A stretch of 64,000 nt of DNA from an uncultured Hyphomicrobiales bacterium (GCA_964498585.1 CAZCHH010000009.1:3613-67612); one strand, 5' to 3'. Positions 30,701 to 40,673 are shown, numbered from the stretch's first letter. Notes: a model not told the origin generated them from the letters alone. Translations and numbers: made by a program.

Positions 30701-31934
30701 AATCGGATTAAAGCTTCCAATCGTTTTGCAGCAGGGAGAGTTTATTGAATTTCCTGCTCAGTTTGTTGCTGCTCACAACGGACAAAACACAGCAAGTTTG
30801 AGAAGCGTAAGCGATGCTGAAGCTGATACTATATCTAATTGGAATGGAAATGGATATTCTCAAAGCATTGCTGCTACAGGTGGCTCTGCTCGTACCTGTG
30901 TTGACGATGTTGAATACATAAATTGCGAAATATCTAATACTGGTTCAGGCGATATTGAAGTTACTGAAATCTTAATTAGCCAGTTAGAACCATACTTTTC
31001 ATTAAATAATCCTTCTGATGCTTTCGGATTTACTTTATTAGAAGGCGAATCAAGAACTGTTGTTGTTCAATATCATCCACTTACAAAAGGCACACACACA
31101 GCTGATTTAATTATCAAAAATTCAACTTTAAATCATCCGGAAATCATTGCTATTCCAGAACTTACTGGTATTAGTGAGCAATTTACCCGCAATACTTCTA
31201 TGTTCATTCCATCGGAATCAAAGAATCCGGCCATTGGCCAAAAAGTATATGCTACTGTTAGATTAGATGATGGCGAAGATATTTCACTCGCTCAAATAAG
31301 TGAACTCAACATTATAATTAATTATGAGCATGGATTCTTAAAAGCTATCCGTGATGAAATTCGACTTGCAGACCGTATTGCAAATGGATTTAATATCGAA
31401 AATTTAACTATTGATGATATTAAAGGTGAAATTAATTTTAATATATTAGCAAAATCTCAAGCCAATTATTTAGATGGTTTCGGTGATTTATTCCACATTG
31501 CTTTCAATACATTTCTACCAACTCAAAATGATACTACCGGTTTTTCCGAAATAAAACAAACAATCACTGCACTCGGTTCTTCATGTGTTATATTAACAAA
31601 TACTTCAAACTCATTGGAATTGAAACCAGTTTGTATTAATGATTTGCGAAAAATTGTTTACACTGGTGGAGTTTATGATTTTGCACCAATTAATCCAAAT
31701 CCAGTAACTTCTTCGGAAGCTAATTTTGAATACTCTGTTGCTCTTGAGGGCTGGACTGAAATTACTATAGTTGATTCTGATGGACAAACAGTTGCTCGAC
31801 CTGTTGCTCAATCACTAAAACCCGGTAAATATACATTCAGTATCCCAGTAAGCTCTTTAAGCTCTGGAACTTATTTCTGTAAGATGGTCTCCGGTCCATA
31901 CAGCGAGACAAGAAATTTAGTTATAGTAAAATAA
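27714..31934 (+). CDS. Giant secreted T9SS cargo protein (1406 aa) with repeated Ig-like/beta-sandwich regions.
   Basis: Signal peptide. C-terminus TEITIVDSDGQTV...GTYFCKMVSG...LVIVK is a T9SS C-terminal sorting domain. Confidence 0.55.
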   Translation: MKSKILFTTSFFLFLLLFFSPVLKSNYDLEEIKKNLPKMLGANNLGRDFYITFHPCWETENARNDLRIYVSSGVETNVTLEIEGKSIKQTKKTIANDIIEFKLNPAEGQCYQKSDQVPPEPEQVYEGYAIHIYSDDPIICYGVTRYQYTSDGFLALPVQALGKEYLVASYADPTMNTFQWLPSYTSVVAAYDNTKVRFILGGTEWTVTRGGLKPGEYKEYSMNRGDVLLIPGYGAFADLSGSRVIASRPVGVISGNFCAYIPSDKGYCDFIIEMELPTNTWGRDYFVTRMKSRKKNSIIKIFAKEPNTKIYRDGRQIAIIPNVGGVLGLGYLEIRSDDGDPRSVVISGDKPINVTQFNPGEDDDNVVSDPFQLVLTPLEQFQTEIIFNTPGIRGGFGFPTNYVNIVYEAEENGSMPDDLQLGTVLGSEVTWRKVNTIDANPGDPFAYEVNGKKFNGKMVQLDGDGVYRLRANKPFCAYAYGFSDYDSYGFPTSVALGDLTKPDTVCPYPTWTMDCAGIIANGNVLDLPNNDEVRSNLSIIYHHSDLSFNFDFSYADFMPGEDKETEWRANVIDPTKDARLVITFSDRRGNDTLLVINFYAPKFTIRPVYADYGLLEVGDVVDKTFWVINESKTSDVYIEELKLKFENENFQIIGFGLPTIIPPMDSIPFTVRFTATLTTQTRFRDSIGVGDTCIFSYKALVEARVGEPTIEVTDANFGDVTVGRTVNRDIYIKNGGSTDLVITGYTGPAESVYNTDLPYISEDEPLIIPSGVTKNYVVSFTPTAERYYPDQILFFNNANRIDSIAILNGRGIKSDLISNSYDWGRKRISRPAFPIDPYPAENNVIHLENNGSDEVKIYDLDIQTDNKGNAFIFDRERFKNLTIPAGATVDVPVTFHPTETGEHELIFRYQNTAGSETETILKGIGIVPRIVTSDYDFGTTIVNDIQHPNERTIVFTNEAWEFGDSLTITDFTSLPNANSISSVWDNFGTEGFKYNEIGLKLPIVLQQGEFIEFPAQFVAAHNGQNTASLRSVSDAEADTISNWNGNGYSQSIAATGGSARTCVDDVEYINCEISNTGSGDIEVTEILISQLEPYFSLNNPSDAFGFTLLEGESRTVVVQYHPLTKGTHTADLIIKNSTLNHPEIIAIPELTGISEQFTRNTSMFIPSESKNPAIGQKVYATVRLDDGEDISLAQISELNIIINYEHGFLKAIRDEIRLADRIANGFNIENLTIDDIKGEINFNILAKSQANYLDGFGDLFHIAFNTFLPTQNDTTGFSEIKQTITALGSSCVILTNTSNSLELKPVCINDLRKIVYTGGVYDFAPINPNPVTSSEANFEYSVALEGWTEITIVDSDGQTVARPVAQSLKPGKYTFSIPVSSLSSGTYFCKMVSGPYSETRNLVIVK

Positions 31935-31962
31935 TTCAATTCTAATAATAGGTTCAAAAGCC

Positions 31963-31999
31963 AGATGTCCTACATCTTCGATGTAGGACATCTTTTTTA
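31963..31999 (+). terminator. Rho-independent terminator.
   Basis: Stem-loop agatgtcctacatc-ttcg-gatgtaggacatct followed by TTTTTT. Confidence 0.7.
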
Positions 32000-32252
32000 T
32001 AAAATACAAATCCAGTTTTATCAATGACCTGAGATCCCTAGCTTCGTATCGTAATGACCGACAAAAAAAGAAATCATTGGTAACCTCTTGATAAATCAAT
32101 TACTTTATCGTGTGATTCTGTATGACATTTTATATTTGATATTTATATAAGTAATTTATTATAAACCTTGACTGTGCTAATCCCGTAGGTATTGTATATT
32201 AATAAAAAGCCATTTCAAATTGAAATGGCTTTAATAAAAAATTTTATTACTA

Positions 32253-33455
32253 TTACTTTATTAATCCAATATCTTTTAACGATTGCTTGATTATTTCAAA
32301 TGTACTTGCAATATCGTTATCCAAACCGACAGAGAAGCGGACCAATCCATCAGAAAGTCCCATTTGCTCTTGTTCTTCTTTAGGAATTTCAGAAGAAGTG
32401 CTGCTACCGGGAGAGCTAAAGAGTGTTTTATAAAAACCTAAACTAACGGCGAAATAACCAACATTTCTTTCCTGGAGCATAACCAATAGTTTGTCAGCAG
32501 TTTCTTTAGTTTTTGCATCAAAAGTAATCATTCCACCAAATCCATAGCCAGGAGTAAGCAAAAGCTTAATAAAATTATGCTGTGGATGCGAAAGAAGTCC
32601 GGGATAAATGACTCTAAGACCTAATTTTTCAAGGTGTTCAGCAACATACATAGCATTTTTAGAATGTTGGTGCATTCTAATGTGAAGTGTCCTTAAATTC
32701 TTCAAAATGCTTGCAGCTCTTATGCTATCAAGAACTGGACCGAGCAGCATAGTTGCTCCGTCATTTACACTACGCAAGGAAGCTATAAATTCTTTGTCAG
32801 AACAAATTGCGCCACCTATGCAATCGCTTGCACCATTAATGAACTTAGTTAAGCTATGAATAACAATATGGGCGCCAAAATTATGAGGTTGCATCATCAT
32901 TGGTGAAAAAGTATTATCAACAATGAGCTTCAAATTATGCTCGTCAGCAATTTTTCTGAGTTCTGCAATATCTGCCACTTCGAGCAGTGGATTAGAAATT
33001 CCTTCGCAATAAATAATTTTAGTTTTTTCATTAATTTTTGATTTTACTTCGTTAAGGTTGAGAATATTGACAAAATGGGTCTTAATATTAAGTTTCGGAA
33101 GGAAATTTTTCATAAGTGCATAAGTGCCGCCATAAATAGTTCTTGCAGAAATTATTTCATCACCGCAACCGCAAATCTGAAGAATAGAACAGGAAATTGC
33201 AGCCATACCGGAGCCAGTAACAATCCCTGCTCCAGTATTTTCCATTAGTGCTAAAGCTCTTGCAAGGTAATCAGTTGATGGATTTAGGTGTCTTGAATAA
33301 AGAAAGCAACCTTCGATTTCGGTTTCAAAAAGCTCTGTCATTTTTTCTGAAGTAAGAAAAGTAAAGGTCGATGAATCGGAAATCGAAGGATTAACCTCTC
33401 CATATTCTCCAAACACTAAGTAATTTTGTAGTTTAATTGCTGGGTCGTTTTTCAT
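32253..33455 (-). CDS. PLP-dependent Cys/Met-metabolism enzyme (methionine gamma-lyase or O-acetylhomoserine sulfhydrylase family).
   Basis: Putative PLP-lysine in SLTKFINGASD. Length (400 aa) and motifs resemble the transsulfuration family. Confidence 0.65.
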   Translation of the reverse strand: MKNDPAIKLQNYLVFGEYGEVNPSISDSSTFTFLTSEKMTELFETEIEGCFLYSRHLNPSTDYLARALALMENTGAGIVTGSGMAAISCSILQICGCGDEIISARTIYGGTYALMKNFLPKLNIKTHFVNILNLNEVKSKINEKTKIIYCEGISNPLLEVADIAELRKIADEHNLKLIVDNTFSPMMMQPHNFGAHIVIHSLTKFINGASDCIGGAICSDKEFIASLRSVNDGATMLLGPVLDSIRAASILKNLRTLHIRMHQHSKNAMYVAEHLEKLGLRVIYPGLLSHPQHNFIKLLLTPGYGFGGMITFDAKTKETADKLLVMLQERNVGYFAVSLGFYKTLFSSPGSSTSSEIPKEEQEQMGLSDGLVRFSVGLDNDIASTFEIIKQSLKDIGLIK

Positions 33456-33604
33456 TTTTCACCTATAAATTAATAATTTTTTAGCATATTTGTAAAAGAA
33501 TAAAATTAACAATAAAAATTAAAAAAATACTAAAAAAAATTAGAAAAAGTAATAAATTGTAATTTTGATTTAAAAAAATAAATAAAATAAATTTAAGGTG
33601 CGTT

Positions 33605-36121
33605 ATGAATAAAGCAGTGATTATGGCTGGAGGATTTGGAACCCGATTGAGGCCATTAACAATGAATGTTCCCAAACCAATGGTACCAATTCTGAACACT
33701 CCGATGATGGAGCATATTGTTAATTTATTAAAAAAGCACAGCATTACAGATATTGTTTCAGTTCTTTATTTCCAACCAGAAACCATCACAAATTATTTTG
33801 AAAATGGTGCAAAATTCGGTGTAGATATGAAATACGAGATGGCAAAAGCTGATTATGGAACTGCCGGAGCTGTTAAAAATGCTGAACAGCATTTAAAGGA
33901 ACCTTTTATTATTATAAGTGGAGATGTGCTAACTGATTTTGATTTAACAAAAGCAATAGAGTTTCATAAAGAAAAAAAATCGCTGGCAACTATACTTTTG
34001 ACCCGAGTACCAAATCCGCTCCAATTTGGAATTGTAATGACAAACGAAGATGGACTGATTACCCGTTTTCTCGAAAAACCATCCTGGGGTCAGGTTTTTT
34101 CTGATACAATCAATACAGGGATTTATATACTTGAACCGGAAGTTTTAGATTTGATTCCACAAAAAACAGAATTTGATTTTAGCAAAGATTTATACCCTGT
34201 TATACTTAGAAAAAAATTACCTTTATACGGTTATATTGCTGAAGGATACTGGAGAGATATTGGAAATTTGAATGAATATCAGCAAGGACAGTTTGATGCC
34301 GTAGCTGAAAAAGTAAAATTGGAAGTAAAAGGCAAAAAGAAAGATAATGTTGCTATTGGAAATAATGCAAAAATTGCTCCTACTGCTAAATTCTATGGAA
34401 ATGTTATTGTTGGTGATAACACTGTTATCGAGGATTATGTTGAAATAACTGACTCGGTTATTTCTGAAAATGTATCAATTGGAACTGGTTCAAAAATCAA
34501 AAGATGTACGATATGGAATGATGTGAAAATAGGTGATTTCGTTGAATTATTTGATGATGTAATTTGTAGTCATTGTAAAGTTGGGAACTCTGCGACAATT
34601 TTCGAAAATGTTTTTATTTCGGATTACTGCATAATAGGTGAAAATACAAACTTATTGCCAAATATTAAGTTATGGCCTAATAAACAAGTCCATAACGGAG
34701 CCACTCTTTCACGTTCTCTTGTTCAGGAAGAAAAATGGATGGGCGAACTATTTACCGATGCCCGTATTTCTGGAATATCAAATATAGAAATACATCCAGA
34801 ATTTGGAGCAAAGCTTGGTGCTGCTATTGGCATGGCTTTCGGACCTAATTCAAATTTTCTTGCCAGTCGTGACCCAGATAGCTTATCACGCCTTTTAAAA
34901 AGAACAATTACTTCCGGACTTGCTTCAGTTGGAGTAAATGTAAACGATTTGCAAACTATTTCAATCCCTCAGACACGACAGGAAATACGCACAGGAAAAT
35001 ATGCGGGTGGCTTACACGTCAGACGTTCACCACGCAATCCGGATATGACCGATATTATTATTTTCAATAATGAAGGTCGGGATATTGGAACTGCAAGAAC
35101 TAAATCAATCGAAAGATATTTTTATGGTGAAGATATTAGAAGGGTCCATTATGAAAAAGTGGGTGAAATTCATTATCCAGAAAGAACTAATGAGATTTAT
35201 ATTGACAGGTTCTTAGATTCATTAAATAGAGAAGCCATCAAAAACAGACGCTTCAAGGTTTTGATGGATTATTCTTATGGACTTGCAACAAATATTTATC
35301 CCAGTATTCTTGGAAAATTGAATATCGAGGCACTTTCTCTTCACGACTATGTTGATGCTCATAAGTATAAATCAGCTATCAATCTCCAACCTGAAGAGGG
35401 TGAAGAAGTCGTAAAAATTATGCGTTCTCTCGGCTATGAACTTGGTTTCGTTTTAGAGCCGGGTGCTGAAAAAATTACTGTTGTTGATGAAAGAGGAGTC
35501 TTATATTCACCGGCGCGTTTATTGACTATTGTTACAAAACTTTTCCTTGAAACAAATCGCGAGCGTGAGCCATATAAAATTGGTATTTCGATTGTTGCAA
35601 GCAATGAAATTGAAGAAATTGCCAAAGATTATAACGTTGAAGTATTTCGTGTGAAAAACTCTCATTCTGCAATGATGGAGGCAACACGTATTGAAAATGA
35701 AAATGACCCAAAAGTGTTGTTTGTCGGTGGAATTTGGGGTGGCTTAATTTTCTCTGATTTCTTGTTTGCTGCAGACGGTATGTATTCTGTTGGGAAAATT
35801 TTAGAAATGCTCGCATTGACAAATTATAAAATTTCAGAGCTTGACGAAATGCTCCCTCGTCGCTTCCAGTATATTTCTGAAATTGAATGTCCATGGGAAT
35901 CGAAAGGGGCTGTTATGAGAAAAGCTATGGAGCATTCTGCTGGTTTTCAAAGAGAATTAATTGAAGGAGTAAAAATTTTCTTCGATAGCAGTTCTGTTTT
36001 GCTTTTGCCAGACAAAGAAAAAGGTGCTTTCAAAATTTTTGCTGAAAGCAATCAATATGATTCTGCTGTTGCTATTGCACGGAAATATAGTTCGCTTTTA
36101 ACTCAATGGCGCGATGAATAA
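33605..36121 (+). CDS. Sugar-1-phosphate nucleotidyltransferase fused to a left-handed beta-helix domain and a C-terminal phosphohexomutase-like domain.
   Basis: N-terminus MAGGFGTRLRPLT (NTP-transferase) with hexapeptide repeats. The C-terminal region has a divergent Ser loop, RRSPRNP, in place of TASHNP. Confidence 0.6.
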   Translation: MNKAVIMAGGFGTRLRPLTMNVPKPMVPILNTPMMEHIVNLLKKHSITDIVSVLYFQPETITNYFENGAKFGVDMKYEMAKADYGTAGAVKNAEQHLKEPFIIISGDVLTDFDLTKAIEFHKEKKSLATILLTRVPNPLQFGIVMTNEDGLITRFLEKPSWGQVFSDTINTGIYILEPEVLDLIPQKTEFDFSKDLYPVILRKKLPLYGYIAEGYWRDIGNLNEYQQGQFDAVAEKVKLEVKGKKKDNVAIGNNAKIAPTAKFYGNVIVGDNTVIEDYVEITDSVISENVSIGTGSKIKRCTIWNDVKIGDFVELFDDVICSHCKVGNSATIFENVFISDYCIIGENTNLLPNIKLWPNKQVHNGATLSRSLVQEEKWMGELFTDARISGISNIEIHPEFGAKLGAAIGMAFGPNSNFLASRDPDSLSRLLKRTITSGLASVGVNVNDLQTISIPQTRQEIRTGKYAGGLHVRRSPRNPDMTDIIIFNNEGRDIGTARTKSIERYFYGEDIRRVHYEKVGEIHYPERTNEIYIDRFLDSLNREAIKNRRFKVLMDYSYGLATNIYPSILGKLNIEALSLHDYVDAHKYKSAINLQPEEGEEVVKIMRSLGYELGFVLEPGAEKITVVDERGVLYSPARLLTIVTKLFLETNREREPYKIGISIVASNEIEEIAKDYNVEVFRVKNSHSAMMEATRIENENDPKVLFVGGIWGGLIFSDFLFAADGMYSVGKILEMLALTNYKISELDEMLPRRFQYISEIECPWESKGAVMRKAMEHSAGFQRELIEGVKIFFDSSSVLLLPDKEKGAFKIFAESNQYDSAVAIARKYSSLLTQWRDE

Positions 36122-36150
36122 TTTTTGAAATATGATTAATTAGGAGGATT

Positions 36151-36612
36151 ATGAAAATATCTGATATTTTAAATAAAGATAACATAGAATTGTTACCAAA
36201 TATTAGTTCTAAAGCTGCTTTAGTAGATAAACTAATTGAAATTGCTGCAAGAACAGGGAAAATTCTAGACATTGAAGAAGTAAAAAAGCAGGTCTGGGAA
36301 AGAGAAAAACTTATGTCTACAGGAGTAGGTAAAGGAATCGCACTGCCACATGCTAAAACTAATCATATTGCTGATGAAACCGGTGCATTAATCATTTTAA
36401 AGCAGGGAGTTGAATTTGAATCTTTAGATGATAAGCCAGTTAACATTGCATTCCTTCTTATTGGTAAAGAAAATAATGTCGGAAATCATCTTAGATTGCT
36501 CAGTAAAATTTCCAGATTACTTAATAATGAATATTTACGTTCTAACATTATTGAAGCAAAAACAAAAAATGAAATACTTAGCTTATTTGACGAATTTGAG
36601 GAAAGCGAATAA
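36151..36612 (+). CDS. PTS EIIA type-2 domain protein (PtsN/IIA-Ntr-like regulator).
   Basis: Phospho-His motif GIALPHAKT. Stand-alone 153 aa. Confidence 0.7.
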   Translation: MKISDILNKDNIELLPNISSKAALVDKLIEIAARTGKILDIEEVKKQVWEREKLMSTGVGKGIALPHAKTNHIADETGALIILKQGVEFESLDDKPVNIAFLLIGKENNVGNHLRLLSKISRLLNNEYLRSNIIEAKTKNEILSLFDEFEESE

Positions 36613-36650
36613 TAATTGACAATTAACAATTAATAATTAACAATTAAATT
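36610..36650. repeat. Heptameric tandem array (TAACAAT/TAATAAT)n that begins at the stop codon.
   Basis: Reads taataattgacaattaacaattaataattaacaattaaatt. Confidence 0.55.
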
Positions 36651-36659
36651 AAAGGTCTT

Positions 36660-37376
36660 ATGAAAACATTTAAACTATCAATATTATTAATGCTTTTAGC
36701 ATTAATAATATCTTCCTGTTCTCATACAAATAATTTTTCACATTACAATATGGCAAAATCCAAAGTATTGTTTGAAAAAGCATTTGGTTCAGATATAAAT
36801 AAAGTTCATCAGTATTCAACAAATAATTATTCCCGGAAGAAAAGTGATGCTGAAATTTTTTCGCAAACAGCATTGTCGATTGGAAGTGCATTTGTTGGGA
36901 ATGAAATTGAAGAAAAGTTCACTAATGCAGTAAATCCCGACTCAGTTGTTTCAGAAATATCTCAGGGAATAGAGAATACATTGATAAAGTATTTTCAGAT
37001 TCAATCTGAATATGATGTGGCAGGTGAATATGATTATATCTGTATTGTTGCTTTAGAAAGATGCGAGATTTCTTCGGGTTCAGCCGGAGTCAATTTAGAC
37101 CTTGGTGCTACTACAAGGATTATTGATAGAAAAACCGGCGGACTCGTATGGGAGGATTCTGAAAATGAAAATATCCAATTGCGTTTTTCTACTACAAATT
37201 ACAATAGCAAATCCGGATTAGAACGCACACTAAACGATGCAACACAAGTTGCAATGCTTGCTTCTCTAAGCGAAGATGAGATTAGAAAGGCAGTCCGAAA
37301 CGCTTCTTCTGAAATTTCACGTCTATTCGGACAAACATTGCAGGAAGACTTTATGGAAATGAATAAGACAAGATAG
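36660..37376 (+). CDS. Hypothetical lipoprotein.
   Basis: Lipobox IISSCSH. 238 aa. Confidence 0.4.
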   Translation: MKTFKLSILLMLLALIISSCSHTNNFSHYNMAKSKVLFEKAFGSDINKVHQYSTNNYSRKKSDAEIFSQTALSIGSAFVGNEIEEKFTNAVNPDSVVSEISQGIENTLIKYFQIQSEYDVAGEYDYICIVALERCEISSGSAGVNLDLGATTRIIDRKTGGLVWEDSENENIQLRFSTTNYNSKSGLERTLNDATQVAMLASLSEDEIRKAVRNASSEISRLFGQTLQEDFMEMNKTR

Positions 37377-37391
37377 GAGGAAGGGCATAAT

Positions 37392-37444
37392 AATTTGTGT
37401 GCATTTAAAATGTATAATCCACAAATGCACACAAATTGTTTTTA
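37392..37444 (+). terminator. Rho-independent terminator.
   Basis: 15-bp perfect stem aatttgtgtgcattt...aaatgcacacaaatt followed by GTTTTTA. Confidence 0.7.
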
Positions 37445-37564
37445 CTACCACTTGTCCGAAATGAAATATCTTCTCTTCTGGTGCTTGACTACAAAAATTT
37501 TTTTGTGTGTAATTTGTATAGTTTGAGAAAACTATCCAACCTCTGATTAATCTTTTTTTTAATT

Positions 37565-37606
37565 ATTAAAGGAAAAAAGATATTCCAAAATTATTGGAAT
37601 ATCTTT
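37565..37606 (-). terminator. Rho-independent terminator downstream of gcvH, possibly bidirectional.
   Basis: Stem aagatattccaa/ttggaatatctt, with an A-run on the plus strand (a T-run on the minus strand). Confidence 0.6.
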
Positions 37607-37641
37607 TATACTTTTTACTTATAATTATTTTAAAAATTGAA

Positions 37642-38022
37642 TTAATGTCCGATAAATGCTTTGTATTGTTCCGCATTCATTAAAGAATCAAGTTCGGAAG
37701 GATTTTCGATTTCAATTTTAATCATCCAGCCATCGCCATAAGGGTCTTGATTAACTACTTCAGGATTGTTATTTATATCGCGATTAACCTGAATAACTTT
37801 GCCAGAGCAGGGGGCATTAATATCTGCTACTGTTTTTACAGCTTCAATGGTACCAAAGCTTTCATCTTTTCTAATTTCGACCAGGTCTTCCGAAATATCA
37901 ACGTAAACAACATCACCAAGCTCGCCTTGTGCGTGGTCTGTAACTCCTATCGTTCCAATGTTGCCTTCGATTTTTATCCATTCGTGGTCTTTTGTGTAAT
38001 TTAAATTTTCTGGAATATTCAT
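37642..38022 (-). CDS. gcvH: Glycine cleavage system H protein.
   Basis: Lipoyl-lysine motif EAVKTVADINAPCSG. 126 aa. Confidence 0.9.
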   Translation of the reverse strand: MNIPENLNYTKDHEWIKIEGNIGTIGVTDHAQGELGDVVYVDISEDLVEIRKDESFGTIEAVKTVADINAPCSGKVIQVNRDINNNPEVVNQDPYGDGWMIKIEIENPSELDSLMNAEQYKAFIGH

Positions 38023-38506
38023 TTTATTAATCCATTAAAATTAAAAAATATATTTGTATCTTTTCATTATATCAAATTTAAAAATTTTTTGGTATATTTT
38101 GTAATAAAAAATTAAATTTATTTAAAAAACTTACTTTTTTAAAAAAATATGCTTCTGTGATATAAATTATTTAAAATGAAATTTAAAAATTCTCATTTCA
38201 AGGCATTTATAAACGAAGACTTTTACTTTTTTAAAAATGAATGATATAGACATTGGATGAAGAAAATGAAATATAAGGTTGTAATTTTGTGTTCATTTGT
38301 GGAATAAAAATTTCAAAAATTGAAAAAGAACAATATATAATCTCATAACTTCTGATTCTAAAACAAAAATAAAGACATAGAAGATTTACTTCGTAGATAA
38401 TAATCTCTAGTTAAATTTGATTCTTTTCTTGGAAATAGGAATTGGGAATTAGGAATTAGGTATAATCTTATACCAAGTTGCATTTAATGATAAATTTTAT
38501 TTATTT

Positions 38507-38587
38507 GTCATTCTGAAGCGTTGTGATGAATCTCATGTTGCTTGTTAGCAATGAGTTGTGAGATTCCTCACTTCGTTTCTGAATGAC
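38507..38587. repeat. Hybrid B/C hairpin element.
   Basis: Reads gtcattctgaagcgttgtgatgaatctcat...gtgagattcctcacttcgtttctgaatgac. Confidence 0.6.
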
Positions 38588-38661
38588 AAAATGTAAAATA
38601 AAAAACTACGGGGCGATAGAAGTTCTTAACTTGAAAATCTATATCCGTAAGTGTCGTTATC

Positions 38662-39168
38662 TTAGAAATAATATCTAAAGCCGATAGAACCTTCAAAGTT
38701 AGCATAAGTACTTGGAAGCGCTCCGAACATAAGTCCGATTTCACCAAAAATTTCTATTGGGGTGTTTCTTGGAACAATATTAATACCTAAAACTCCACGC
38801 ACTCCAACTCCGATGTCATTTCCTTCTTTATACCATTTTTGATTGTTTTTGCTGTACCACCAGCCACCACTTTCACCGAAACCAACTGCTACGCCGGGAC
38901 CTGCATACAGATTAACGATATTGGAATTAAATGAATTGAAATGGAACAAATAGTCCACTCCAACCCGAAGATTTCCCATATATGAATTTCCAACACTTAT
39001 CGTCCATGCATTATTTTTTTGAGTCCAAATTTTCGCAGTCAAACCAGATGGTTCGCCGAGCATAATCCCCAAGCTGAAGCTACGTCCCATTGGTGCAAAT
39101 GATTTTAATGCCGGTGCTGACATTAAAATTATTATTAATATTAGTAAAGCAATATTTAGCTTTTTCAT
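38662..39168 (-). CDS. Small outer-membrane beta-barrel protein.
   Basis: Signal peptide, beta-strand periodicity, C-terminal IGFRYYF. Confidence 0.45.
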   Translation of the reverse strand: MKKLNIALLILIIILMSAPALKSFAPMGRSFSLGIMLGEPSGLTAKIWTQKNNAWTISVGNSYMGNLRVGVDYLFHFNSFNSNIVNLYAGPGVAVGFGESGGWWYSKNNQKWYKEGNDIGVGVRGVLGINIVPRNTPIEIFGEIGLMFGALPSTYANFEGSIGFRYYF

Positions 39169-39223
39169 TGTGTTTCCTTTTAATTACCTGAAATATTTAG
39201 CAGTAAATAAGAATACCTTATTC

Positions 39224-39934
39224 TTATTTTTTCAGAGCTTTAATAGTATTTATTATAGCATTTTCAATATCATTAGCATTATTTGGGTCATTCGGGTCTA
39301 ATATTGAAGTCCATTTTTTGAAAAAGTCATTTGGATTAAGCTGAATAGATACTGTTGTATTAGAATTAGCTGTTAAATTCAGTGACGGTTCAAACTTTAA
39401 CATTAAGTTTGCAGTAGTTTGGGATTTAAACATAAAAATTGAAGGATTGTCATTTTTATATGTAATACCTTCGATTAGAATAGAATATCTATCCGGAGTA
39501 GCAAAATCCCTAAAAACAGCGTCATTTTCATATTGACTTAAATCACTTGGGCTAAATCTATGAAATTCGAACTTAATTTTTTCATAAATACCAGGAAGGA
39601 CACTGTTTTCTGATAATTTGATTAAATTTCCAGTTCCATCTAAATCATAGATAAAAGGTCCGGTTTTTAGTTCTTTCCCAGCATTTGCGTCCTCATTAGT
39701 TAGGAATAATTTCATTCTTGACATTAAAATCCTGATTCTGATTATTTTGATAGAATCAACTTCATTAGCTTGGATTTTATCTCCACTTTCCGAAATAGCG
39801 ATGCTTTTAACAACTTTTTCTGCTAATTCGCCAACAATCTTTATATCTGGGTCTTTAGCAGGAGATGTCGATTCAGAACATGCTCCAATTATTAAAGCAA
39901 CAAAAACTACAAGAACTATAAATAAATTTTTCAT
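39224..39934 (-). CDS. Lipoprotein of unknown function, paralog of 58643-59359.
   Basis: Start trimmed to MKNLFIV (ATG at 39934 after GGAGGT). Lipobox IIGACSES. About 50% identical to the 58643-59359 product over its whole length. Confidence 0.5.
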   Translation of the reverse strand: MKNLFIVLVVFVALIIGACSESTSPAKDPDIKIVGELAEKVVKSIAISESGDKIQANEVDSIKIIRIRILMSRMKLFLTNEDANAGKELKTGPFIYDLDGTGNLIKLSENSVLPGIYEKIKFEFHRFSPSDLSQYENDAVFRDFATPDRYSILIEGITYKNDNPSIFMFKSQTTANLMLKFEPSLNLTANSNTTVSIQLNPNDFFKKWTSILDPNDPNNANDIENAIINTIKALKK

Positions 39935-39980
39935 AATATTACCTCCATTATGAATTTTTGATAAAAAATAAATTTCTATA

Positions 39981-40634
39981 TTAGAACCTAATTCCAGCTG
40001 TAATTTGCAGCCAGACATTTTTATAACGGGGAGTAGTTGAAGTTCCATCGCCGTTGTTATTAAAGAGGTCAAATCCAACTCTTGCTCCAAAAACAAACTG
40101 GTCTAAATAACCATCAGCTCCAGCAACAAAACACAATGTGTTCTTACGGATATTATCGTTCTCAAACTCCTTTACAATTTCAAAATCGCTTATTGGATTA
40201 TCAAATTCGTCCTTTTGCTCAATCAAGTAAGAATATTGAGGTCCGGCTAAAATGGTTAGATATTCAATCGGTTTAAATGCAACTAATATAGGAATATCAA
40301 TATAATTTGAAGTGCGCGTAAATTTATATTTTCCACCAATTAGTGAACCAGACCCAGTAAAACCTTTTTGAGAAAATAGTAATTCAGGTTGAATTCCAAT
40401 ATACTGCCCAATAGGAATTGAAATAAAGGCACCGGCTGCAAAACCGAACTTTGCATCTGCGTTGAACTCTTCACCTTCTGTATCATAAACATTAGAGTAA
40501 TTAGTTCCAATCTTCAAACCAAATGACAACTTATCGCGTAAATCATTTGAGTTTGACTGTGCTATACTATTGTTACTAAATAGTATTGTAGCAAGAATGG
40601 TTAATAAAATGAGATTTTTCATTAAAACTTTCAT
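39981..40634 (-). CDS. Outer-membrane beta-barrel protein.
   Basis: Signal peptide, C-terminal LQITAGIRF. Confidence 0.45.
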   Translation of the reverse strand: MKVLMKNLILLTILATILFSNNSIAQSNSNDLRDKLSFGLKIGTNYSNVYDTEGEEFNADAKFGFAAGAFISIPIGQYIGIQPELLFSQKGFTGSGSLIGGKYKFTRTSNYIDIPILVAFKPIEYLTILAGPQYSYLIEQKDEFDNPISDFEIVKEFENDNIRKNTLCFVAGADGYLDQFVFGARVGFDLFNNNGDGTSTTPRYKNVWLQITAGIRF

Positions 40635-40673
40635 TAGTGAAAAAAAAATTTGTTTAAAAAATTGTGATATTTG

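Noticed and set aside
39224-40096. Long form of the lipoprotein ORF that overlaps the outer-membrane protein gene 39981-40634.
   Set aside because: An internal ATG at 39934, preceded by GGAGGT, gives a canonical signal peptide and lipobox. The upstream extension overlaps another gene.
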